Origin: a virus
Taxonomy: Duplodnaviria > Heunggongvirae > Uroviricota > Caudoviricetes
Virus record (IMG/VR): IMGVR_UViG_2531839179_000017
DNA length: 14,423 bases
Strand: one strand, 5' to 3'
Shown here: positions 8,100 through 14,423 of the stretch, piece after piece
Numbering within the stretch: position 1 is the stretch's first letter
Layout: the number at the start of each line of letters is the position of its first letter
Made by a program: the position numbers and the translations under genes
The notes under the pieces: model-generated
The model's input: only the letters and a program-made list of their open reading frames with translations
Database searches by the model: none
Told to the model about the DNA's origin: nothing

Positions 8100-8109
8100 C
8101 GCCACCCCC

Positions 8110-8520
8110 TCAGAACGGAATACCGTCACCGTAAGGGTCATCGCCTCCCGCTGGTGGCTGATTACCCTGTGTGCCTGTGGTTTTGCGTCTGTTCCCGCCA
8201 GGACGTGCCGCACGGGCACTGATTACGCTGTCTGCAATAACCTGATAACCCTGCCGCGTTTCCCCGTTCTGTCCGGTCCACTGGCTGACCTGCATCGTGC
8301 CGGATACGCTGGCAACGTCGCCTTTTTGATGTTTAGCCAGGAAGTCGGCCTGCTTACCAAATGCGATGACCGATAGCCATAACGTAGCCTGCCCATCCTG
8401 CGCCTGACTACATGGCAACGATACCGCCATACGTGCCAGCGTCATTGGTGTGCCCTTGCTGGTCTGTTTTACCTGCGGGTCGTCCACCAGCCGCCCGTAA
8501 GCTGCTATCTGTGCTGTCAT
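8110..8520 (-). CDS. ssb: Single-stranded DNA-binding protein
   Basis: 136-aa ORF, ATG at 8520 overlapping the upstream stop as ATGA; OB-fold-like core (LWLSVIAFGKQADFLAKHQKGDVASVSGTMQVSQW), Gly/Pro-rich linker and acidic C-terminal tail ending DDPYGDGIPF, the classic SSB tip. Confidence 0.8.
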   Translation of the reverse strand: MTAQIAAYGRLVDDPQVKQTSKGTPMTLARMAVSLPCSQAQDGQATLWLSVIAFGKQADFLAKHQKGDVASVSGTMQVSQWTGQNGETRQGYQVIADSVISARAARPGGNRRKTTGTQGNQPPAGGDDPYGDGIPF

Positions 8521-8768
8521 GATTCCACCTCTCCGGTTTTAACGTTGATGGTTGTCACCTGTTCAGCTTCCGCAATCTCCCGCTCTGTCAGCGTGGCAAA
8601 ATTTGCCGCCGTCGTGGTCATGAATGCGCTTATCAGTTCGGGATGTGCTTTCGCGTATCCTTCCCCCGCGTGGCGGTCTATCGTTCTGATTGCCACCTTT
8701 AAGGCGTGCTCTGTCATGTCTAACGCTTTATATTTTGGCTCTGTTCTGTCTCTGTGTTTTTGAGTCAT
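8517..8768 (-). CDS. Hypothetical protein downstream of the origin
   Basis: Start chosen at ATG 8768 (MTQKHRDRTEPKYKALDMTEHALK..., about 84 aa), so the iteron cluster stays intergenic; the track's 127-aa version would read through the iterons. Translationally coupled to ssb. Confidence 0.45.
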   Translation of the reverse strand: MTQKHRDRTEPKYKALDMTEHALKVAIRTIDRHAGEGYAKAHPELISAFMTTTAANFATLTEREIAEAEQVTTINVKTGEVES

Positions 8769-8769
8769 T

Positions 8770-8975
8770 TGCCCACCTCTACCCACTTTTTTCGCCCACT
8801 TTTTACGTTTTCCCACTTCGTCCAACGTGGGAAATTTGGGATTTATATCATCTTGTTTCATAGGTATTTTTTTAGTGCCCACTTTTTGGGATATATACAC
8901 GTGGGAAAGTGGGTAATTTTGTTAAAATTCCGTTAAATCGCCCACCTTTCCCACTTTTAATGCCCACTTTTTACA
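8770..8975. repeat. Iteron cluster with AT-rich spacer: putative replication origin
   Basis: At least nine direct copies of a CCCAC(T)nTTT-type motif (for example GCCCACTTTTT at 8794, 8877 and 8962; CCCACTTTT at 8782 and 8950) plus inverted copies (GTGGGAAA at 8827 and 8901), interrupted by AT-rich stretches at 8838-8876; immediately 3' of the replicative ATPase gene. Confidence 0.7.
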
Positions 8976-10371
8976 GTGGTCCTACATCATCACCGTCAAT
9001 GTAGATCACGTCGTCTTTTTCCAGTTTGGCTAACCATCGTTTAAGGTGTTTTGTGTCATACCCCAGCTTTTTCATATCGTCACGTAACAGCGGGATCGTG
9101 CACTTGTCGCCGTGCTGTGTGCGTGAACGTATGCATCCCCATAGCGCGGTATGGTTTTCCGTCTTGTTGCCTGCCTCCTCGATGCGCTCCAGTTCAACGG
9201 GAGGGCGCGGCTTATCCACCACCACCAGCGACGTGATTAATTCACCGTCAGCGTCGGTAAAAAGCTCCACCACGCGTAAGTCATATGCGGCTTCTTTGAG
9301 TTCCTCCGCGTCCTTCATTTTGGTGCATGAGATAACCAGCGCTTCGCTTCCTGCGTCCTCCCTGCGTATCCGGTATTCAGCATCCAGCGAAGCACGAAAT
9401 GCACTGGAACCGCGCGCGCCTTTCGTCTCATCCTTGCCGGAATGGTGAACCACCAGCACCGTGGCCCCTGTGCGTCGTTTCAGTTCGTCACAACCACGGA
9501 TAAACGCCCCCATATCACGGGAATCATTTTCATCATTCCCACCAAAGCAACGCGCCAGCGTATCCAGAATAATCATGCGTACAGGTTTACCCGTTTCCCG
9601 CTCCACCTGACGGGCAGCGATAACCATTTCATCAACATCAAGCGGGGCAGCCGGAAAGATGGGGCGGTTTACCAGATACAGATTTTTCACCTGCTCATCG
9701 TGCACAACCTCCCAGGCTTTTACACGACGCGGAACACCTATACCGCCTTCACCAACCACATAGAGAACCGCACCATGTGCAACCCTGCGGCCTCCCCACT
9801 GGCGACCAGTGGCAACATGGCACGCCCACGATCCGGCAAGGAATGATTTATAGGACCCGCTAGCCCCGTATATGCTGCATAGCGATACCGCCGGAATAAT
9901 CCCCTTAACCACGTAATCCAGTTGCGTGTCGTATCCGGTAGATCCAACGCTCATCGGTAGCGTGGTTTTTCGCTGGTGGTTTTTTTCTTCCGCCGGCTCT
10001 TTCCCGCGCACCCGTTCCAGGTATTCGCGCCAGTTCTCCCGCATATGGCTGTGCATCCCTTCGGGGTAATAATTCGCATCAGTTACACCCGCCGCCGCCA
10101 GCTTGTGCGCAATGGCATTAATATTTGATGGCCTGATGTGGCCTGCCTTGTACAGCCGGACACAATAGCGCCCCTCGTCGATGATTCTCAGGTCTGCCAG
10201 TTCATCCAGTTGATCATCAGCCAGCACAACGGGAGGCACATTATCGCCAGCCAGTCGCCCGTCCTGTTCCTGCCACTGTTTCGCATGTGCCCAGGCATCA
10301 CTACCCGCAAAAATAATGACTTCGGTCATCTTGTCGTAAGGCTGTTTTTTTAAGTTCGGTGCGCTTTTCAT
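8971..10371 (-). CDS. Replication initiator ATPase/helicase (RecA-like, AAA_25/RepA-type) with C-terminal winged-helix-like region
   Basis: 466-aa ORF, ATG at 10371 overlapping the upstream stop (ATGA); Walker A GASGSYKS, Walker B-like RMIILDTLARCF, conserved VLVVHHSGKD...GARGSSA block typical of RepA/DnaB-like RecA-fold replicative ATPases. Confidence 0.8.
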   Translation of the reverse strand: MKSAPNLKKQPYDKMTEVIIFAGSDAWAHAKQWQEQDGRLAGDNVPPVVLADDQLDELADLRIIDEGRYCVRLYKAGHIRPSNINAIAHKLAAAGVTDANYYPEGMHSHMRENWREYLERVRGKEPAEEKNHQRKTTLPMSVGSTGYDTQLDYVVKGIIPAVSLCSIYGASGSYKSFLAGSWACHVATGRQWGGRRVAHGAVLYVVGEGGIGVPRRVKAWEVVHDEQVKNLYLVNRPIFPAAPLDVDEMVIAARQVERETGKPVRMIILDTLARCFGGNDENDSRDMGAFIRGCDELKRRTGATVLVVHHSGKDETKGARGSSAFRASLDAEYRIRREDAGSEALVISCTKMKDAEELKEAAYDLRVVELFTDADGELITSLVVVDKPRPPVELERIEEAGNKTENHTALWGCIRSRTQHGDKCTIPLLRDDMKKLGYDTKHLKRWLAKLEKDDVIYIDGDDVGPL

Positions 10372-10667
10372 TTCTTGCCCCTGAATCCGTTAATCATGGT
10401 TTTCAGCTTCTGGATGTTTGCCCGTGCCCTGGCGTTGCTGGTGGGCACGTTATGCGGCGCGGTCTGTACCAGAGAAAAATCACGCCGGAACTGATAAACA
10501 GGCATCACGCAATCATATTCGTAACCTTCACGGCGGTAAGTTACGCACCGTCCCGCCACGCCCTTAATCATTACCGTGCCGCCGTACTGGTCGCGGTAAA
10601 TATCACCGCGCATAAATTTAGGGTGAGTGTTGCCACTGGCAGTTAAGCCAGAATATTTAAGTTTCAT
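10368..10667 (-). CDS. Hypothetical protein (DUF4222-like by recall)
   Basis: 99-aa ORF, ATG at 10667 with GGAG 8 nt upstream; motif GDIYRDQYGGTVMIKGV...YRREGYEYDCVMPVYQFRRDF resembles the prophage DUF4222 family as I remember it. Confidence 0.5.
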   Translation of the reverse strand: MKLKYSGLTASGNTHPKFMRGDIYRDQYGGTVMIKGVAGRCVTYRREGYEYDCVMPVYQFRRDFSLVQTAPHNVPTSNARARANIQKLKTMINGFRGKK

Positions 10668-10672
10668 TATTT

Positions 10673-10906
10673 TTATTCTCCGGTGTGCTGTTCGTTATAT
10701 CTGTCGTGCAATGTCTCTATTTCCTGCAACTCATTTATTACAGGCTCAAGAAGCGTTATTAATGATGTAATAATCCGCGTTTTTTTTGCATTACGTTCAT
10801 TATCGCCAAAGGATTCAAGGCACATCCGCAATATTTCGTACATACCTTCAGCGTAAGCAAGGGCACTAAATGCGCGGTCTATTGTTTCAAGATAAATATC
10901 ACGCAT
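10673..10906 (-). CDS. Hypothetical small acidic protein (paralog C)
   Basis: 77-aa ORF, ATG at 10906 one nt after the upstream stop; predicted helical; shares a hydrophobic-helix-Cys-acidic motif (EILRMCLESF) with neighbouring ORFs. Confidence 0.5.
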   Translation of the reverse strand: MRDIYLETIDRAFSALAYAEGMYEILRMCLESFGDNERNAKKTRIITSLITLLEPVINELQEIETLHDRYNEQHTGE

Positions 10907-10907
10907 A

Positions 10908-11129
10908 TTAATCCCCGTCCGTTGTTTTTCTTAAAACAGCTTCTGTCACGAAATCAGCATAGTTAGCGGCAATATCAAGAATATTTAGCCCTGTACCTCT
11001 GTGCTCATCAGTGCAAAGAAAGAAAAAAGCCACCCGCATAATTTCAGATATTGACGAAAGCGCATCAGCCGCATCATCAGGAACGCCGGAAAATTCTTGT
11101 TTCAGGGAATTAAAACGATCATCACGCAT
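10908..11129 (-). CDS. Hypothetical small protein (paralog B)
   Basis: Start chosen at ATG 11129 (MRDDRFNSLK...) immediately after a G8 run that acts as a Shine-Dalgarno; the track's longer start at 11177 overlaps the upstream gene by 55 nt. Motif PDDAADALSSISEIMRVAFFFLCTDE parallels the upstream ORF. Confidence 0.5.
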   Translation of the reverse strand: MRDDRFNSLKQEFSGVPDDAADALSSISEIMRVAFFFLCTDEHRGTGLNILDIAANYADFVTEAVLRKTTDGD

Positions 11130-11343
11130 AACCCCCCCCATTTTCACAATCAGCAACAAGAATATTTTTAGCGTCATTCAGCGACCGCGTTGCGATGTAT
11201 CGGATACATTCCAGGGCGAACAATGTGTATTCCTCCCGTTCTTCCTTTTGTGCAAGCTCTGCCGTGCATTCAATATCAATAAGCGCATGCATCAGCGTAG
11301 TGAGTGCGGCGGCGGCTGCGTCCGGACGGATGTTATTGCACAT
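11122..11343 (-). CDS. Hypothetical small protein (paralog A)
   Basis: Start chosen at ATG 11343 (MCNNIRPDAAAAALTTLMHALIDIECTAE...) with GGAGGGG 6 nt upstream, overlapping the upstream stop; C-terminus ENGGGYA is encoded through the G8 tract. Confidence 0.5.
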   Translation of the reverse strand: MCNNIRPDAAAAALTTLMHALIDIECTAELAQKEEREEYTLFALECIRYIATRSLNDAKNILVADCENGGGYA

Positions 11344-11764
11344 GGTGTACCCCTCCGCATTTTTTTTCGTTAGAAATAAGCGTTCTTCTTTCCTGTTCAT
11401 CGCTCAGGAATACGCAGACCTCACCGCTAAGGCGTTTAAGTAAGCCGATGATTGCCCCTGATTCGCTGTCGGTCATCATGCCAGGGTAATCCTCTGCCAG
11501 TGCGCAAATAACTTCGATTTGGTGGGCGCGTTCTGCTGCCTGTTGTAGTGTGATTTCCTGGCTCATAAGCCTACCCCCTTGGCGAATACGGGCAGCGAAT
11601 ACCATCACGCAGCCAGCCGGGGATTGCTGGCGTGCTTCCTGTTCGCTGGTGGCCTCAATGGTAATCACGCGCGGTTGTGCCGTGCTCAGGGCGATAAAAC
11701 GCCAGATGTATTTATTCAGGTTGTGCGAGCCCCGCCCTTGCGGGTGTGTGGTATGATTTCTCAT
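11333..11764 (-). CDS. First gene of the early operon; N-terminal Icd-like (cell-division-inhibitor-like) region plus C-terminal helical domain
   Basis: Start chosen at ATG 11764 (GAGG 6 nt upstream); the track's longer ORF starts at a TTG inside the operator. Motif YIWRFIALSTAQPRVITIEATSEQEARQ...VFAARIRQ matches my recollection of Icd-like proteins of P4-type elements (unverified). Confidence 0.5.
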   Translation of the reverse strand: MRNHTTHPQGRGSHNLNKYIWRFIALSTAQPRVITIEATSEQEARQQSPAGCVMVFAARIRQGGRLMSQEITLQQAAERAHQIEVICALAEDYPGMMTDSESGAIIGLLKRLSGEVCVFLSDEQERRTLISNEKKCGGVHHVQ

Positions 11765-11861
11765 AGCTACCTCGATACTTTCGCTATCGTTGGTGGTTAG
11801 AAGCCCGGTTAGTGTTAGCGCACTGCCGGGTTTCGTCGTTTCTGCACCTTGCGCCAACAAG

Positions 11862-11913
11862 GTGTTGAACACCAATTTAAACCCAGGTGTTAAACACGTC
11901 AAGTGTTGAACAC
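11862..11913. promoter_or_regulatory. Triple palindromic operator (GTGTT-N-AACAC) spanning divergent promoters
   Basis: O1 GGTGTTGAACACC (11861-11873), O2 GTGTTAAACAC (11887-11897), O3 AGTGTTGAACACT (11902-11914). Minus-strand promoter candidate: -35 TTGACG (11902-11897), 17-bp spacer, -10 TAAATT (11879-11874), with O1 at the start site. Plus-strand promoter candidate: -35 TTGAAC inside O3, -10 CATACT (11928-11933). Confidence 0.65.
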
Positions 11914-11962
11914 TTATTTTTTTCCTGCATACTGCATTTGTTTTTTATGAGGGGTACACCAC

Positions 11963-12142
11963 ATGGCGACAAAAGCAGTAAACGCAAAATCACAAACCGT
12001 TGCGGCAAGGGTTCCGCATGAAGTTATGAACAATGTTGAGGCGGTAAAAATGCCTGGCGAAAGTACGGGGCAATTTGTTACTGCAGCATTAAAACGAGAA
12101 GTTGAATATCGCCAGCGGCGCAAGGCCAAAGAACCAGAGTAA
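11963..12142 (+). CDS. Small ribbon-helix-helix-like DNA-binding protein; candidate repressor
   Basis: 59-aa ORF (absent from track, under 60 aa): MATKAVNAKSQTVAARVPHEVMNNVEAVKMPGESTGQFVTAALKREVEYRQRRKAKEPE; GAGGGG 8 nt upstream of ATG; beta-strand, helix, G-x-S/T turn, helix pattern typical of Arc/MetJ/CopG folds; divergent from the early operon. Confidence 0.5.
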   Translation: MATKAVNAKSQTVAARVPHEVMNNVEAVKMPGESTGQFVTAALKREVEYRQRRKAKEPE

Positions 12143-12199
12143 TCACCATCAGCGCCGTGGTGTAAGGTATTACGGCGCATTGCTATGCAGGACAACACA

Positions 12200-12373
12200 A
12201 TGACCGATAAAGAATTGACCAAAACATTATCACCGGCACGGAAAAGACGGCGCAGAAAGATAGAACATGAATCAGAAAGATTCGCGCCATGTGCTTTTGC
12301 CCTTGAGCAATTCCTTAAAGAGTACAGGGAAAAGCGCTCATTGCAGGTATGGCAACGAACTGAACCAGACTGA
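12200..12373 (+). CDS. Hypothetical small basic protein, second gene of the divergent unit
   Basis: Start chosen at ATG 12200 (MTDKELTKTLSPARKRRRRKIEHESERF...) with AGGA 8 nt upstream; the track start at 12185 lacks a well-spaced Shine-Dalgarno. Followed by a plus-strand terminator. Confidence 0.45.
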   Translation: MTDKELTKTLSPARKRRRRKIEHESERFAPCAFALEQFLKEYREKRSLQVWQRTEPD

Positions 12374-12468
12374 TTGCATTGCCCACCAGCCTGATAGCGG
12401 CTATCATCCCCGTGCTTATGTTTGGGATCACACACACAAACGGCGCAGCGGGTTATCTGTTCAGAAAG

Positions 12469-12496
12469 GCGGCTCCATTTCGGGGCCGCTTTTTTT
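12469..12496 (+). terminator. Rho-independent terminator of the plus-strand small-gene unit
   Basis: GCGGCUCC-AUUUC-GGGGCCGC (8-bp stem including one G-U pair) followed by U7 at 12490-12496. Confidence 0.65.
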
Positions 12497-12642
12497 ATGC
12501 CTGAAAAACCCCAATTTTGTGGTTTTCCAGTCTCACCAGGGCGAACGAATCCCCGCCCACGTTCTGGCGTATATTCAATCTTCATGGTTATAGCTCTGTG
12601 TTCAGATGATTGATGTGTGGCGGCTGTGTGCCGCCAGCGTGA

Positions 12643-12831
12643 TTAATGAACTGCCTTGCAGCTATCCTTCCAGGCCAGAACCTCGGATAAAGACCAGCCA
12701 ACGGAACGACCGCCAAGTTTACGACGTGATGGGAATTGTCCGGCCTTTTCCAAGCGGTAGCGGCATGAGCGGCTAAGGCCTGTTAGCTTTTCGCATTCTT
12801 TTTCACGTATAAACCGATCAGTGCTTAACAC
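12643..12831 (-). CDS. alpA: AlpA-family phage regulatory protein (HTH; excision/derepression activator-like)
   Basis: 62-aa ORF: REKECEKLTGLSRSCRYRLEKAGQFPSRRKLGGRSVGWSLSEVLAWK matches the AlpA/prophage CP4-57 regulatory protein pattern; first codon is GTG at 12831 with AGGGGG 5 nt upstream. Confidence 0.8.
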   Translation of the reverse strand: MLSTDRFIREKECEKLTGLSRSCRYRLEKAGQFPSRRKLGGRSVGWSLSEVLAWKDSCKAVH

Positions 12832-12990
12832 TATTGCCCCCTTTCGTTTCTTAAAGAGTTATTTCGTGTTCTATTGCGTTGGGATGTGTCTGATTGTGTC
12901 AGGATGATTCAGAGTTGGCAAATGTTGAGGTCGTATGGTTTACAGAAACAGGAATAATCAGGATAAAATCATTTAAATTCATGTTAATAC

Positions 12991-13022
12991 AAAGGCATAA
13001 AATATTGTTTCATGCCTTTTTT
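12991..13022. terminator. Hairpin with flanking T-run between int and alpA; possible terminator or insulator
   Basis: AAAGGCAT, 11-13-nt loop, ATGCCTTT, followed by TTTTCTC on the plus strand; on the minus strand the stem is followed by a broken U-run. Large loop, so weak. Confidence 0.25.
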
Positions 13023-13205
13023 CTCGCTATTTAAAGAGTGATTCGCTAGTGTATAAAAAACCAGTAACACATTAAAAATCAGCCACTTATAAATCCGTAC
13101 ACTTTTTCGCCTCTTGTTCGTAGTTGTTCCGCATTGTTGCTCATTGTTGCATGTTGTATCTGTTCGCATATCCAGTATGCGCATACTGAAAAAACACGAA
13201 AAAAA

Positions 13206-14423
13206 TTATTTTCTTCTGGCTACTGGTAGCGTGGTTACGTTTTCATGTGTTCCCGCCAGTATCCCTAACCGCTCCGTCCACATATCCAGCGCATTGCGTT
13301 TAGCATCCAGATAACGGGAATGATTATAAACTCGCTGCATTCCTGGCATCTGGTGGCCTGTAAGCTGCTCCACGACATGCGGATCAACGCCTAAATCGTT
13401 CAGCATGGTTGTAAAGGTGCGCCGGATGTCATGCAGTGACCAGTGAGGATGATTAAGCCTCCTGTGCGCTAATCTTCCATACTGCGATACGCTGGCCTCC
13501 TGTTTCACTTCCCCCAGCAATAAGCCCGTGTGCCTGTTCTGCTCCACCAGCTGCGTGACGAACGGCAGGATCGCTTCCGGTATGGGCCGGAATATTGCGA
13601 CCTTCGTTTTGCTGTGCTCCTTCGGAACGGTCCATAGCATTTCCGTGAAATCCCACTCCCCGATCTCCGATAACCTCAGTTCTACCGTTCTGGCTCCGAA
13701 GACAATCAGGAGGCGGATTAACGCGACGTAGTAAGGGGAGAATATTTTTTTGTCCAGTGCCTGCAATAATTCGCCAAGTTCTTTGTTACTTAAGACACGT
13801 TCGCTTATATCCGGTTTTTTCCCAACGTCCGCCACGTTCAGATCGTCCAGAACGTTGCTGATTGCATAGCGCCGCCTACGGCAGAACTTAAGCGCCTGTT
13901 TGCACGCCTGTAGCACGAATCCGGCAGTAACAGGCGTTCGCTTTGCCACCTGGTCAAAACAGGCCAGCCAGTGCCGTAGCTCGCATTTATCCAGCGGCAT
14001 AGCACCAATCTGCTGTATTACGTGATTATTAAGTCGCCTTTTCAGGGCGATATAATCCACGCGGTTTTCCTTTACGTAATACTCAAGCCAGTAGGTGAGC
14101 GCATCGCCAACCGTTACCGGCTTTAACGCTTCCTGTACGGTGTAATTAAGCTCATGACGTGGATTTTTCCCCTCTGCCAGCCATGCGCGACACTGGGCGG
14201 CTTTTTCCCTGGCTGATTTCAGGCTCAGATCAGGATAACTTCCCAGCTTAATGCGTTCGGGTCGTGTCTCCCTTCCCGTTCCGGCCCTGTATGTGAAATA
14301 CCAGGTCAATTTCCCTGATGTTAAATATTTCACGCTCAGGTTTCCGCCATCACTATAAAACGTGTTTTTCTCCGCTGGCTTACCATGAAGTTTCCTTAGC
14401 AAGGTATCGCTCAGTTTGTTCAT
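13206..14423 (-). CDS. int: Site-specific tyrosine integrase (P4/CP4-57-type, N-terminal arm-binding domain)
   Basis: 405-aa ORF with ATG at the last window base (14423-14421); N-terminal DUF4102-like region (KLTWYFTYRAGTGRETRPERIKLGSYPDLSLKSAREKA), C-terminal catalytic region with HDIRRTF...LTGHQ...RVYNHSRYL (R-H-R-Y signature). Confidence 0.9.
   Translation of the reverse strand: MNKLSDTLLRKLHGKPAEKNTFYSDGGNLSVKYLTSGKLTWYFTYRAGTGRETRPERIKLGSYPDLSLKSAREKAAQCRAWLAEGKNPRHELNYTVQEALKPVTVGDALTYWLEYYVKENRVDYIALKRRLNNHVIQQIGAMPLDKCELRHWLACFDQVAKRTPVTAGFVLQACKQALKFCRRRRYAISNVLDDLNVADVGKKPDISERVLSNKELGELLQALDKKIFSPYYVALIRLLIVFGARTVELRLSEIGEWDFTEMLWTVPKEHSKTKVAIFRPIPEAILPFVTQLVEQNRHTGLLLGEVKQEASVSQYGRLAHRRLNHPHWSLHDIRRTFTTMLNDLGVDPHVVEQLTGHQMPGMQRVYNHSRYLDAKRNALDMWTERLGILAGTHENVTTLPVARRK

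Noticed and set aside
11341-11965. Shared 12-mer GAGGGGTACACC at two translation-initiation regions (minus strand at 11345-11356, plus strand at 11949-11960)
   Set aside because: Several 12-mer matches are expected by chance; it is largely a Shine-Dalgarno plus spacer. Noted as possibly coordinated translation signals but not statistically supportable.
11914-12585. 223-aa minus-strand ORF between alpA and the operator
   Set aside because: Cys/Ser/Arg-rich low-complexity translation with no recognisable fold; it is antisense to two compact plus-strand ORFs that have good ribosome-binding sites and a terminator, and it reads across that terminator. Treated as a spurious antisense ORF.
1-14423. 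Search for tRNA/tmRNA, rRNA, CRISPR arrays and insertion sequences
   Set aside because: No T-loop-like GGTTCGAATCC-type motifs with cloverleaf context, no regularly spaced direct repeats with unique spacers and no transposase-like ORFs or terminal inverted repeats were seen by eye; a tRNAscan or Infernal run would be needed to exclude small RNAs formally.

Overview
The whole window reads as one compact integrative mobile element of the capsid-forming phage-satellite (cf-PICI-like) type, about 14.3 kb, lying between a truncated host membrane-protein gene fragment (1-165) and a P4-family tyrosine integrase whose start codon is the last base of the window. Almost all genes are on the minus strand. 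Reading right to left: integrase; AT-rich spacer; AlpA-family regulator; a small divergent plus-strand unit of two ORFs with its own terminator; a triple palindromic operator over back-to-back promoters; a translationally coupled early/replication operon (Icd-like protein, four small unknown ORFs, RecA-like replicative ATPase/helicase, iteron-rich origin, small ORF, SSB, PerC-like regulator, terminator); then a complete HK97-type head and packaging module (major capsid, prohead protease, portal, two head-tail adaptor proteins, HNH endonuclease, small and large terminase) and one trailing small ORF. No tail, lysis, tRNA, rRNA, CRISPR or IS features were found. All protein-family calls rest on motif recognition from the translated ORFs and recall, not on database searches. 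The most noteworthy non-coding signals are the operator switch (11862-11913), the iteron origin (8770-8975), a G8 homopolymer at a gene junction (11132-11139), a hairpin sequestering the capsid ribosome-binding site (7547-7576), a candidate cos region (3245-3310) and a tandem stem-loop array in the left arm (497-609).
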